Below are positions 11,141-22,578 of a stretch of 64,000 nucleotides of DNA, piece after piece. The stretch is from Cyanidioschyzon merolae. Its lineage: Eukaryota. The DNA lies in the NCBI GenBank assembly GCA_000091205.1, contig AP006498.2. One strand, 5' to 3'. How positions within the stretch are numbered: the stretch's first letter is position 1; each line of letters opens with the position of its first letter. The translations under genes and the position numbers were made by a program. The notes under the pieces were generated by a model. It was not told the origin of the DNA and ran no database searches. It was given only the letters and a program-made list of their open reading frames with translations.

Positions 11141-11930
11141 TGACTCTGCTGGAATTCGTTACGTCACTGGAATCAAGATGATTCGCGACGCGTTCGAACG
11201 AGCGTTCATAGCATCATCGACACCATGATTCGATTCATGGGCGAATGCCCCGTACGCTTCTCCTGCCGTTTCGTATAGTATGCTCTAATGACGCATTCAT
11301 CAAGTTGTCGACCTTGCTGCTTCGAAGCATCCCGTAGGTTCAGCGATTCGAGCTGCTGGAATGAAGAGGGAAAACTCGATATCGAAATCTTATCGACTTG
11401 TGCATAGATTCCCAGATGCAGTTTTCACGTAGCGTCTTCGTTGAAATAACCGACTCGATCCGAACAACATATCCGCCTCGCTCTGCGGCCATCGTCGAAA
11501 CGGCATGCAGCAGCAGCAGCATGATACCCGTCGCTGTACATGCTATCAGAGGCTCCGGTCTCTTGTGTTCACATGGAAAAGCGTCTTCGACTCGAGTCAT
11601 CCGAGTGATTGCTTCCACAAGCTAGTCCCTCATCGCTTTGCACAAAGTGAGCGAAAACGAATCGTCATGTCTCGAGTTGTGCACCAGCCTGGATATTCCT
11701 TCCGATATTTGTTTCATCCTAGACAGCACCACTCTTCACAGATCCTTTTGTCGCACGCAAAAACCTGTTCTTGCGCTTGCAGCGTCCATCGTATTCGCTG
11801 AAGGGATCACCTCGAAGAAAACCGTGATCCTAGGGTACGCCACCAGGAGCGCAAACAGAGAAGGACGTCGAGAGGAGACTTTCTGTATCCGTCAAGGGGC
11901 GACGGCATATCCCGAGCGATGAGGCGAGCC
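11141..11930. repeat. Diverged, partial copy of a dispersed composite repeat. The A-part is at about 11141-11330 and the B-part at about 11665-11925.
   Basis: About 75 % identity to 19741-19920 (gctggaattcgt.acgtc...gattcgcgacg...agcatcatc...cctgcaagcctc...) and about 70 % to 20240-20495 (gcaccagcctggata...tttgtttcatcct.ga.agcac; gggtacg.cacc...ccgagcgatga.gcgagc). Confidence 0.65.
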
Positions 11931-12462
11931 CGCAAGCGCGCTGCAGCATGGCCTCGGCAGAAGCGCGCGTGCTGGACATGTGGGCAATACCTGGTCACGG
12001 GAAAGTGTCACCAACGCGCAAAGCGCACCGTTGCTGTATACAAGGAAGATAAAAATAGCGAACAGAGCCTAAATCACCAATACCGCATGTGCATCAAGCA
12101 CGTCGAGAATAGCCGGAAGCGGCGCACTCGAACACTGCCAGCAATATCCCTCGATTGCCGACATGAAAGGCGGAGCGAAAAAAAGAGACCTACATCTTTA
12201 AAGTCGGACACAGGAGAGAAGGCAAAACCAATCAGCCGTACAAAAATCCAACACGGGCTGGTGTTGATGGCCATGAAAAAAAAGTCCCAGACTTGAGTAT
12301 CCACCCGTACTCGACAACTTGTCCTATGTTGAATCTGACATGAGCGGTATTGCTCGCGCCGCCTGCGCTGCGAGAAACATTCAACCCGAAACGTCTCAGC
12401 TTCCGCTTCAGCCGTGGCGTCGCTGTTCGCTTGGAGCCGGATTATCGACGAGAAGCCCGAAC

Positions 12463-15285
12463 ATGTCTGTTTCTGATACGCTTAAAGACTTTGCGGAGGA
12501 TGCTCGAAGCGTTTTGAGGAGCCTTGGTACCAAGGTCGAGGATGACGGCATCAACCCACTGGTCGTTCTCGACAAGGCGCGGGTCGTCCAACAGGTACGC
12601 GTTTTCAACGAGACGCGCTTGCGACCAGATCGTTGCCTTCAAGTACTCACCCAGCTCATGTTCCTGGTAAACAGGGGTGAACGTCTGACTTCATCAGAAG
12701 CAACTGAGGTCTTTTTCGCCGCAACCAAGCTGTTTTCCTGTGATGACGCTGCGTTGCGGCGTATGACGTACCTGGCTATCAAGGCGCTCGCGCACACCGC
12801 AGAGGAAGTTATCATCGTCGTGAACTGCCTCACCAAAGATATAACATCAACTGTGGATACTCGAAGAGCGAACGCTTTACGAGTTTTATGTAAGATTATG
12901 GATGCGACGATGGTTGCGCAAGTGGAGCGTTATCTTCGCCAGGCGCTCGTGGATCGCAACCCGAACGTTGCCAGCGCTGCGTTGTTGAGTGCGGAGACGC
13001 TTCTCCGTGCGGGCAAAGCGGAAGCTGTCGTGCGTCGTTGGGTCAGCGAAGCTACGCAGGCCCTGAATCACCCCCACCCGATCGTGCAGTACCACGCCCT
13101 GTCGCTGTTGTACACGATGCGACACCGGGATCGACAAGCGGTATCCAAACTGGTGCAGGACGTAGCCCGGCAGGGCGCTCGTTCGCCTATGAGTGCGATG
13201 CTACTCTTACGATATATTGGTGAAATCCTGGAGACAGACACGCTGCTGGATGATGGTCTCAGGCAGCAGTACGTTGGTTTTTTGGAATCGATGCTTCGCC
13301 ATCGCAGCGAACTGGTGGTTGTCGAGGCTGCTCGAGTGCTCTTGGCAGTCTCTACGGTTGAAGAATCGACGCTGCAGACTGCAGCAAACGCGTTGCAGAT
13401 GCTCCTGATCTCGCCGAAGCCTGTCGTCCGGTACGCCGCCGCTCGAACGCTTTGCCAGGTCGCCTCGTTGAAGCCGGCTGCGGTTGCACCTCTGAACCGT
13501 GATATCGAGAGTCTCGTAGCGGATCCGAACCGGGCAGTCGCAACTGCAGCAGTAACAACGTTGCTACGGACCGGCACGGAAACTTCTATCGATCGCTTAC
13601 TGCAGTCCGTAAGTCGCTTTCTGCACGAACTCGGAGACGACTTCCGGGTGACCGTGATCCAGGCCATTCGGACGCTGACGCTCAAGTACCCGCACAAGCA
13701 CGTGGCACTGGTGCGTTTTCTTGGGGAGGCTCTGCGCAGCGAGGGAGGCCTTCGTTTCAAGCAGGCAACCGTGGATACGCTGCGGGAATTGATTGAAAGG
13801 ATTCCCGACTGTAGGAGTGAATGTCTCAGTCATTTCATAGAGCTCGTTGAGGACTGTGAATACCCGATGCTCTCTGTTCAGGTACTGCACATGCTGGGCG
13901 AGTGGGGTCCACAAGCTCCGACGCCCTCTAGTTATGTGCGAACGATCTACAACCGCATCATCCTGGAGAGCCCCATGGTGCGAGCAGCGGCGGTGTCCGC
14001 GCTGGCTCGCTTCGCATCAGTACCGGAGCTGGCTTCCTCGATTCGAATGCTGCTGCGCCAGTGCCTGTTGGATGCCGACGATGAGGTGCGAGATCGTGCA
14101 GCTTTTGCTCTGGAGCTCCTCGGTGATCACGTAGAGGCAGCCGAGTCGATTTCCGACGCCTCCTCGGACGCGGAATCTGTCACGGAATACAGGCGCTTGC
14201 AACCGGCACCGCTCGATGTGCCTCTGGAGAGCCTGGAGAAGGCGCTGGTCGAATACTTGGGGCACGATCTGTATCTGCACAGCGCGTTCGACGTGAATGC
14301 AGCGCGCTCTTTAGCCCTGAAGGCAACGCAGAGACCAGGCGCAGCAGCGACTGCATGTGAACGCCTGTCGAGCGCGACGACAGCAACAGCAGCAGCAACA
14401 GCAGTCGCTCCAACGGCAGCAGCGTGCACTGCTACCGATACCGAAGGCATCCAGCGGAGCGAGTTCCGTGGGGCGCTCCTGGCAAACGAAACACTCCATG
14501 CGCTCGGTTATAGAACGGCTCCGTTCAAGTCGTCTGCGACTTGCGCGCTGACGGATACCGACGCAGAATTCCTCGTCGTCGCCATGAAGCACGTTTATCC
14601 ACAGGGGCTCGTTCTACAGTTTCGAGTGCTGAATACCCTTGAGGATCAGATGTTGCAGGAGTGTAGCGTGGAGCTGGATACCAAAGAGCTCACAAGCTTG
14701 AAGATTCGCGAGAGCATTCCAGCGTCTCTCGTTCGCTACAATGAGCCTAGCTGGTGCTTTGTCATCCTGGAGAGCCCCGATCCCGACGCTGAGCTGCTTG
14801 TACCGGATTTCGGAGTGGTACCTGCGAAACTGGTCTACCGCGTTAGCGAAGTAGACCCCTTGACCCAGGAGCCGCTCGATGCGCAGGGTTTCCCCGATAC
14901 GTTTACCTTGGAAGAGCTCGAGCTGGAACTCAAGGACTATATCCAGCCGCTTGTGCTGACGGATTCCTTCGATAACGTCTGGTCTGAGATGGAGGCGTCG
15001 GCTGCGACGGTACGCGAGACCTACGTCCTGCCGCACGAGACGGTGGCGACAGCCGTCGAGGCCGTCGCCGACTATTTGGCTATGGCTCCCTGCGGAGACT
15101 CGCTGGCGGTATCCAGCAGCGCAACGCAACATGAACTCCTGCTTGCGGGGATCTTTCTCGGTGGATTCCGGCTCTTGATTCGTGCAAGTTTCTCCAAATC
15201 TCTTCCATCGGGCATACAGCTCGCACTCTCTGTGTGCTCTGAGAATGAGCGCGTCAGCGAACTCGTTGCGCTCTGTATTGCCTGA
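12463..15285 (+). CDS. COPG: Coatomer (COPI) gamma subunit.
   Basis: Near-collinear with human COPG1: VFNETRLRPDRCLQVLTQLMFLVNRGERLTSSEATEVFFAATKLFSCDDAALRRMTYLAIKALAHTAEEVIIVVNCLTKDITS, and the C-terminal appendage ...LLAGIFLGGFRLLIRA. The ORF opens at 12319; the start is placed at the Met that aligns with the COPG1 N-terminus (MSVSDTLKDF). There is a poly-Q/A insert in the linker. Confidence 0.9.
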   Translation: MSVSDTLKDFAEDARSVLRSLGTKVEDDGINPLVVLDKARVVQQVRVFNETRLRPDRCLQVLTQLMFLVNRGERLTSSEATEVFFAATKLFSCDDAALRRMTYLAIKALAHTAEEVIIVVNCLTKDITSTVDTRRANALRVLCKIMDATMVAQVERYLRQALVDRNPNVASAALLSAETLLRAGKAEAVVRRWVSEATQALNHPHPIVQYHALSLLYTMRHRDRQAVSKLVQDVARQGARSPMSAMLLLRYIGEILETDTLLDDGLRQQYVGFLESMLRHRSELVVVEAARVLLAVSTVEESTLQTAANALQMLLISPKPVVRYAAARTLCQVASLKPAAVAPLNRDIESLVADPNRAVATAAVTTLLRTGTETSIDRLLQSVSRFLHELGDDFRVTVIQAIRTLTLKYPHKHVALVRFLGEALRSEGGLRFKQATVDTLRELIERIPDCRSECLSHFIELVEDCEYPMLSVQVLHMLGEWGPQAPTPSSYVRTIYNRIILESPMVRAAAVSALARFASVPELASSIRMLLRQCLLDADDEVRDRAAFALELLGDHVEAAESISDASSDAESVTEYRRLQPAPLDVPLESLEKALVEYLGHDLYLHSAFDVNAARSLALKATQRPGAAATACERLSSATTATAAATAVAPTAAACTATDTEGIQRSEFRGALLANETLHALGYRTAPFKSSATCALTDTDAEFLVVAMKHVYPQGLVLQFRVLNTLEDQMLQECSVELDTKELTSLKIRESIPASLVRYNEPSWCFVILESPDPDAELLVPDFGVVPAKLVYRVSEVDPLTQEPLDAQGFPDTFTLEELELELKDYIQPLVLTDSFDNVWSEMEASAATVRETYVLPHETVATAVEAVADYLAMAPCGDSLAVSSSATQHELLLAGIFLGGFRLLIRASFSKSLPSGIQLALSVCSENERVSELVALCIA

Positions 15286-15759
15286 GGAAGCGTCCACGCA
15301 ACCGAGCCGTTGCCCGTAAACCGGCCGGAGATGATCGTTTCCAGCATCCATCTGCTCTTTTCGCGAGAACGCTGTCGTACGCAGAGCCCGTGAACGCTTT
15401 GCTTGCTGTACTGCCTGGAAATGCGTCCAGGGAAACGGGAGCGTGGGGAGAGACCGGCACCACTGTGTCGCTTCGTCAGTTAAAAACGTTTCTTTCATCG
15501 ATTTAGGGTGCAAGCTTCGAGCTCCGCAACGAGATGCACAGCAATGCGCGCTCAAAGTCGTGGCGTGGTTCCCGCACAGGGGCATCCAAGTGAACAGCTG
15601 CGGGACGAAAAGGCACGACTCGGGATGCCATACTCGACCTGGTATTCGGCTGGAGCACCTCAAGCGTAGCCAGCGTTGGACTCCCGAAAACCCCAGGGTT
15701 CCCGTCGTTTGAGCGCTGGCGACTAGACACCTTCGATGGACGCACGGAAAGGAGGCACG

Positions 15760-18605
15760 TTACCGCGGTGAGCGCGTTGATGTCGACGCTGCTTCTGAGG
15801 CGGCCCCGTTGGCTCCTTCGCCCGAATGCCTCTGATGCAGGGGATTCCCCACAGACCCGTGTTTCGATGCGGTACGTTCCCGCAGCCCGGTCGCCTTGTG
15901 TTTCCGTCGAGCGCAAGCGCGCCGTGCACGACCAACGGTTTCCACAGCATGCTGCGGGGCGTTGGTCACCATCGCGGCTAGTACGGCACCCGTCTGCGCT
16001 GCTAGCTCGGTAGCGAGTTGCGCTACCTGATCGGCCTCGTGTGGGAACGCCTGGTAGGCTGCAGCCACCACAGAGGGCAACGAGAATCCCGCAGTCAACG
16101 AAGCGATCATGAACGATCGGGCATCGATGGCAGCAGCTTGGACCTGCGGGGTGGACTGCCCCGAGACACCCCCGCTTATCGGTGCATCGCTTCCGTTCCG
16201 AATCGAATATACAGCAGCGGTTCGCTGAAGTCGCGGATCCAACGCACTTGCAAAGGCCACTGCAGCCGTCGACGCGGCACCTGTGGAGCTGTCTCTCGCA
16301 GCGCTGGTTGGTGCTTGGCTTGACGCCGCTGCCGCCGGCGTTGCGGCCCCGTCGCGGGTATCCATGGCATCGCTCGACACAGACCTGGTCGATGACGGCC
16401 TCGGGGGTATCGAGCCTGCCGCTCCGCTCCCGGAACCGGACGCTGTGGCGCTGCTCCTGTGGCGCTGCAGCCACGATTGGACCAGGTCGCTCGAGGACTC
16501 AAAATAGAGACCGCGCTGCTCCGCGTCGCACAAGAGTGCATCCCAGTCGGCGCTGTGCGCTCTGAGAGCGGCCGCATGACCCAGCACCACGAGAGATACT
16601 TTGGCCCGCGTCAAGGCCACATTCAGGCGACGAACATCTCCAACAAAGCCAATACCACTGCGATGTTGCGCGGTACGCACAGCCGAGAATATGATGACGT
16701 CCTTTTCCCGACCCTGGAATGCATCCACAGTATCGATTTCGATGGTGCAGGGCATCTGCTGCCCCGGCAGAATGAGGCCGCTCTGGTCGAGTGCCTGTTG
16801 GAGCAGACGCATCTGCGCTCGATACGGTGTCAAGATGCCAAGATGCCACACCCGATCGGATGCTTTCCAGTAGCGCTCATAGAGGATCTCCACAAGCTGC
16901 ATCGCAAACGCCGCCTCCTTGGGATTACTCAGCGACGCTGTCGTAGCGTCCCGCTCCTCTGTAGCCTCGGCGATATCTACGAAGCAGTACGGGCCCAGAA
17001 GCGGCGGCGGTGGCCCAGTCCGATGAAAAGCTGGCCGATAGAGCTCGCTGCGTACGCAATCGTCATTCTTGAGTTGATTTTGGTAGAACCAGCGTGTCGG
17101 AAACGTCGCAATCGCAGGATGCATACGATACTGGGTGTCAAGCAGGTGACCGGTCCAGCCGGCTTGCAGCAGACGTTCCATGAGCGATCGAGCGAGCGCC
17201 ACGCCTGCATCACCTCGACTGAAGACGGTTGCCGGGAGCTGTTGCGGGTCACCGGCTAGCACACAGCGTTCGCACCCGTACTGCAACGGAATCAGGGTAG
17301 CGAGCTCCGTTGCTTGTGCGGCCTCGTCGATGACGACAATGGGGAACGTGCTCGCGCGTGCTTGGAACGCACCATCCAGCGTGGAAACGCTCTCCCCGGA
17401 GCGCTCCGGTAGCGATCGCGCCTCGCTCGCTAGCGGTGCGTCCCGCAGCCACGACTTTATCAGGGCGGCACCGCTGAGCGTGCAGAGCACAATCTCGGCC
17501 TCTTCGAGGTATGTTCCGGCAATCCAAGCAATGCGCTGCTCGCGGCTGATCCGTTGATCCGGCCAGGTTGCCATGCGATAGCGTCGCTCGTCTCGTTGGA
17601 GGCGATCCAGGCGATCCCAGAGCCGCATCAGGCGACCTCGCGCCTCCAGGTCGTGCTGCGGTGGAGCGGGCGTCTCAAGTTGCCCCAGCAGCGCTCTGCA
17701 TTGTTGTTCCCAGTGTTGAATCCATTCTGCGGAATGTTTCGCACTTTCCAGCGCTTGCAGGAAGGCTTCTGCACGAGCCTCGGCAGTCACTGCTCGGGCT
17801 TTGGGATGAACTCGGGCTCCGGCTCCGATTCGAACGATATCAGGATAATAGGTGCGCAGTTTCCCATCGACGAATCCTTCGCGCATGATACGGACAACGA
17901 TTTCATCCACAGCAGCATTGGATTGTGCGGTGACAAGCAGGCGCGGTTTGCGTTGCAATGCAGCAGTATGACGAGCTGTGCGCAGAGCGCTGAGCTTCAC
18001 TGCTGCGGTTGCTGCAGCAGTGGTATTTCGAACCGAATCCAGTAACTGTTCCAGAATGGGTTTTGGTGTCGAGTCCGTCCCGGCAGTCGGCAACGTCGAT
18101 TGGTCGCATGAGGTCCTGGGACGTTCTTCTTCCTGTGCCGCTGGAGATCCAAGTGCGCTCAAGTACGCGTCATAATATTCCTGGTACTTGCTCATATGCA
18201 ACAAGTTCAGCAAAGAGAGCAAGGTTTTCGTTTTCCCGGTACCAGGCGGGCCATGAATCAACGCGAATCCTCTTTGACGGTGCACGGAGGCCCGCACCGC
18301 CTCGTACTGGGATCGATTGAGACCTCGCTGGTTCGAAATCACCGCGAGATATGCATCCAGTTCGGATCGCTGCGGCCCAGGGGCCAGCTCACGCTGCTGC
18401 TCCGCTGCAGCACCTGCCGGATCCAGTATCACAGGAGCCAGCTCCATCTCTGCGATACTGGAGAGCGCACCAAGCTCGCGTGCGTGGTTCAGCGTGCTCA
18501 TGAGACGTATTGCTGGCGTCGGCGGGGTACATGCGGCGTTTTCGGATCCTATGGCGCTGTTCAAGGGACCTGATGAGCAATCTGTGCGAGCTGTTTCCCA
18601 TTGAC

Positions 18606-18639
<34 letters not shown>

Positions 18640-19512
18640 AAGCCAGGCTTCGGCACGTGCACGTTGCATGCGTAGCATCAGCGGTGAGCCCGCCCGGTGC
18701 TGGACAATGCCCAGAAGAGGTTGTTGCCGAATCTCGCGTAGCTGAGCGCCCGTAAGGCGCTGGTCCTCACGCGTACACGGAAGCAACAGCAGAATATCAT
18801 GATCAAAAATGGTTTCTTTGCTCTGAATCTTAATGGGAACTTCCACTAGTGCACTTGATCCCGGTTCGTCGTGAGTTGAAACCGGCTCTGCTGATACCTT
18901 GGTGGCGCCTCGTGGCTCCACTGGAACTGGATCGCCTCGAGTGCTTACCAGCACCACGAGGCCAGACTTTTCTGGCGTCAGCGCTGCGGAGAGTGTCCGC
19001 AGAACACTATCAAACGCGTTGTAGAGCTCACTACATACCTCTATGTCGACGAGCTGCGTGAAGAAGGCGATGTACTCGTCGGGGTTCCGGAACGGAAGGT
19101 TCTCCGCCTCCGAGGACCTTTTGCAGGCACCAGCAACTGCGTTAACTGAAGTTAGAGAGTTTGGCCAATTTTTCGGTTCACTGGACAGAATCCGGTCCAA
19201 AGCCGCTCGCATACCGACATTGACGTTTGCAAACGGTGCACCGGTGGTACTGATAAACGCTGTAGGGAGTGTGTTTTGTTCGCGTAAACGATACCAGAAG
19301 AGTGATACAGTGTTGGCCACTGTGTCTGCGGTGTGGCCCGATGCGTTGGAGGGCGTGCGCGCGGGCGTGGCAGCTACAGGACTGTCGCCGAGCGGCATCT
19401 TGCATCTATATGCTTCACCGCGAGCGGCTCTCAAGCGTTCAGTTGGGAATTCCTGGTCCAGTGTGAACGTTCCTTCGAACCAGAAAAATGGTAAGGAAAC
19501 ATTCTCGGTCAT
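15760..19512 (-). CDS. Superfamily-1B Upf1-like helicase (Sen1/senataxin/MAA3-like) with a long low-complexity N-terminal region.
   Basis: Walker A FALIHGPPGTGKTKTL. VVIDEAAQATELATLIPLQYGCERCVLAGDPQQLPATV. TQYRMHPAIATF. TVDAFQGREKDVIIFSAVRT. RRLNVALTRAKVSLVVLG. These are the AAA_11/AAA_12 helicase motifs. Confidence 0.85.
18606..18638. repeat. (GCT)n trinucleotide run of about 10 units inside the helicase CDS, encoding a poly-Q tract on the gene strand.
   Basis: gctgctgctgctgctgctgctgctgctgct is visible directly. A similar CAG/CAA run lies at about 14375-14410 in COPG. Confidence 0.8.
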
Positions 19513-19572
19513 CCGCGGATGCAGGCTGCTACGGGTCCGGCGCTGTGCGGCAGCTGCGCTCGTACCAGCGTC

Positions 19573-20500
19573 AAATGGAATACCGACCTGCTCGCTCAGT
19601 TCGTGGCTTGCGCATCTCTTCTGAAATATTTGCCGATGTACAGCCTCGATACTACAAGTGCAGATATGTGGGCTTGCCGAATCATGCGTAGATTTCGGTT
19701 TCGTGGTCGTCTAGTCGCAGGAGCTCCCATGCTGCTCTGTCGCTGGAATTCGTGACGTCTCCGATACCAAGATCATCATTCGCGACGCCCTCGAGCAGTG
19801 CCGCTTAAACGAACCGATAGCATCATCCACTTCATACCTGCAAGCCTCCACTCGTCTCCTTTTCGTATATGTAGCACGCTAAAAATCGAGCATTCTTCAA
19901 GTTTTCGATGGATCCGTTCCAAGACACCACTCGTGGACGCAGCGAAGCGCGCGGTCGGATTGACGACGAAACCATCAATCGATGTCGTTCCTGGATGACC
20001 TGTTCACCAAATGATGCCAGGAGTTCACTGGGCTTCTCAAGTCAAATGATCGATTCCATCCAGAAGTCTATCCTTATCTTTTTGACGCCAAAGACGAAAC
20101 GGAATGCCACAGCACCGCCACGGTACCTCCCACGGGAGATGCTCTCGGAGGTTCCCGTCTCTTCGGTTTGGACGGGAAACGGTCTTGGATTCGGAGTTGG
20201 GTTATCGCACCGATGAAAGGGACGGTAGACGGATTGAAATTTCTCGACTCGGGCACCAGCCTGGATACTTTGACCGGTACTTGTTTCATCCTGGATAGCA
20301 CTGTGTTCTGCCAATCATCTATTCGGTACGAAAACGCACGCTTTCGTGTGCAGTGGACAGTGCACTCGCCGACGGGATCGTCCAGAAGAAGTCTGTTATC
20401 GTGGGGTACGGCACCGGTTGCGAAAACGGAGGACGGCATCGAGGTGCGCACGCTTTACCCGCCAGGGGCATGTACTACCGAGCGATGAAGCGAGCATTCT
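19573..20500. mobile_element. Dispersed composite repeat of about 0.9 kb, probably a non-autonomous TE. The A-part is 19573-19950 and the B-part about 20240-20495.
   Basis: The A-part is about 99 % identical to 36907-37284, with only 2 mismatches noted. The A- and B-parts have diverged homologues at 11141-11930, and an A fragment lies at 49925-50100. No TIRs or TSDs were evident by eye. Confidence 0.7.
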
Positions 20501-22578
20501 AGTGCCACGGGGCGGCGCTCAGAGCACCCGCTCTCGTGGACACACGAGAACACCAGACCACAGTCAAGTGTCACTGCTACCAAACGGCGCATCGAGGCTG
20601 CACTCAATGAAGAAGAAAATGGGAAACAAAACGTAGATCGAAATCTGCACGTGTGAATGAAATGCGTAGAAAAGAGCAACACGCAGCGAAAACGGGACGT
20701 TCATACTGCCATCAACATCCTTCGATCGCTGGCAAGGGTGCTGGTGGAAAAAAATGAGCCCGGCATCGCTCACGCCGGAGACCAGATAGATATAAAAAAG
20801 CAGTCGGAAGCAAAGCCCACAAAGTCTGATATTCCTAACGGTTGAAAGATATCGAAAATTTAGAGTGGACGACCAATTTCGTAGAGCCCGTTCCACTGTA
20901 TGCTGATATGGTGTGTGTGCGTGTGTCTGGGACGTGTCCAGATACTCGATGCACCACTAGAGGCGGCAATCGCCAGCCAGCAACTGCGTAACACGCGCAG
21001 AATGAATGAATCTGCGCAACGGCCAGCAGGGCAATTTGTGATGTAGCCGCCAAAATATCCGGGAAACGGATTGTAACGGTTTGGAGTGCTGTGAGTTCTT
21101 TCGAGGCACCGCGTTGCGTAAAAGAAAAAGTCGAGTTCGGGGATCCGTTTCGTTTGACTCTGAAGTTTCAAGCCGGTGATGTGCCGTGCTGCCTACACCG
21201 GTCACTGAGATGAGCATAGTGCTGGTTGGAGCGACTGCCCTATGGAGTTTCGAGTAGGCAATGGAGCGAAGCCTCAATTCAGCGCCCAGTTCCCACACGC
21301 TGGCCATTTCACTGACCCTATTCGAGTTTCTTGAGACACGGGTCAGAATTCAGAGAGAATTGCCTCTGGAGCACAGGGTGGTGGCAACGGATGGGACTTG
21401 TTGCGGCACAGCGCTCCCGAAACAGATCGCAAAACCAGGTGGTTTTCAAACCGACGCAGCAAGAGTGAGAAGCAAAGGTCTTTTGCAGGTACCGCTCGAC
21501 GCCGACCTGGGATGGATGAAACGTATTTTAATGCTTTCATAGTCACGTTGCATGAGATTGGGGAAGCGTACACCTTTCCCCTGACCGAGCGCTGCCGCTC
21601 ATACGAACGCTTGGAACTTTCGGTACCTGGAGATCTTCCAGGAGAAGCTGTCACTGCAATGGAAGGTTGCGAACATGGTCCCTATAATTGGAGAAGGTAT
21701 CTCGTACTCGAGACATATGTGTTTGCACTTGCGCGCCGCGTAGCAACAAGAAGCCGTGCATGCAAGGCCGGCACGTACACACATGAAGCGGGATCAAGCC
21801 GATGCGTGTCGGTCTCAGAGGTTTGGCGTTGATGCTTCATCGTACGTTGCCTGCCCCGATGCCGCACGAGCCCGCGCACAATTGAGCAACGGATCGTGAG
21901 ATGCTCTTGTGCTGCTCGATGGAGCTTGCTATCATCGATGCGCAGGTTTCCTGGAGTGCCTGGTATTGCCTCGATGCCACCGATCGAATAGCGGCTTGCT
22001 CAAAACGATTGGCTGCGTAGGCTGGTAACCAAATGGAACCCAGGGCGCCGCTGACCCGCGTTCGCCACATGCGATGCTCGCCACACCTGGTCACGAATCT
22101 GCAGTCGAATGGTGGTGTGTATGCGCTCGATGCTGGCTGGGGCGGCAACCGTGCCCCACGCCCAGGATGCATCCACCGCCCGAGACGCATCGGTGGGGAT
22201 CATTGCGGGTGCGCAGCGGCCTACCGCGCGATCGACGATCGGGATCTCGTGCCAGCGAGGCACGGGGCTGAAACATGGACGAAGTAGGACCTTGCGGACA
22301 AGGCGGACACGGGGGCGACACGCGTCGCGCGTGCGGTGTTGACGGCGGCGGTTTCCAGCGATGCATGTCGCGTCACAAACGCGCTCGTCTGACGCTGCCT
22401 TGGGCCACAGAATGCGGACTGCGCTGGGGCGTTTCCAACACGCGCTCTGAGGGCACTGTTGAAGCGTTGGTCGGAGTTTCGGGACGCTGACCAGCTACTG
22501 GTTCCGTATTCTGTGTGACGAGGGTCAAGTGCTCGCTCGTTGTCTCTATTGGCGAGTTAGCACGCACGAAACCTGGCC

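Noticed and set aside
14614-16474. Long antisense or out-of-frame ORFs (14614-15663 minus, 15503-16474 minus, and also 16459-17259 plus, 43153-43935 minus, 53479-54252 minus, 3494-4061 minus).
   Set aside because: They overlap genes that are strongly supported by homology on the other strand or in another frame, and they lack recognisable motifs. Long spurious ORFs are expected at this GC content.
19573-19950. Considered the dispersed repeat as a tRNA-derived SINE or an snRNA/SL-RNA gene.
   Set aside because: No convincing A-box/B-box, T-loop (GGTTCGANTCC) or cloverleaf could be built. There is no similarity to U1/U2/U4/U5/U6 or dinoflagellate SL consensus sequences recalled from memory. It is kept as an unclassified repeat.
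21837-22490. Cluster of mutually overlapping 60-120-aa ORFs in all frames at about 21.8-22.5 kb.
   Set aside because: They are GC-rich and stop-codon-poor, with no motif content and mutually exclusive frames. They are treated as non-coding upstream sequence of the DUF218 gene.
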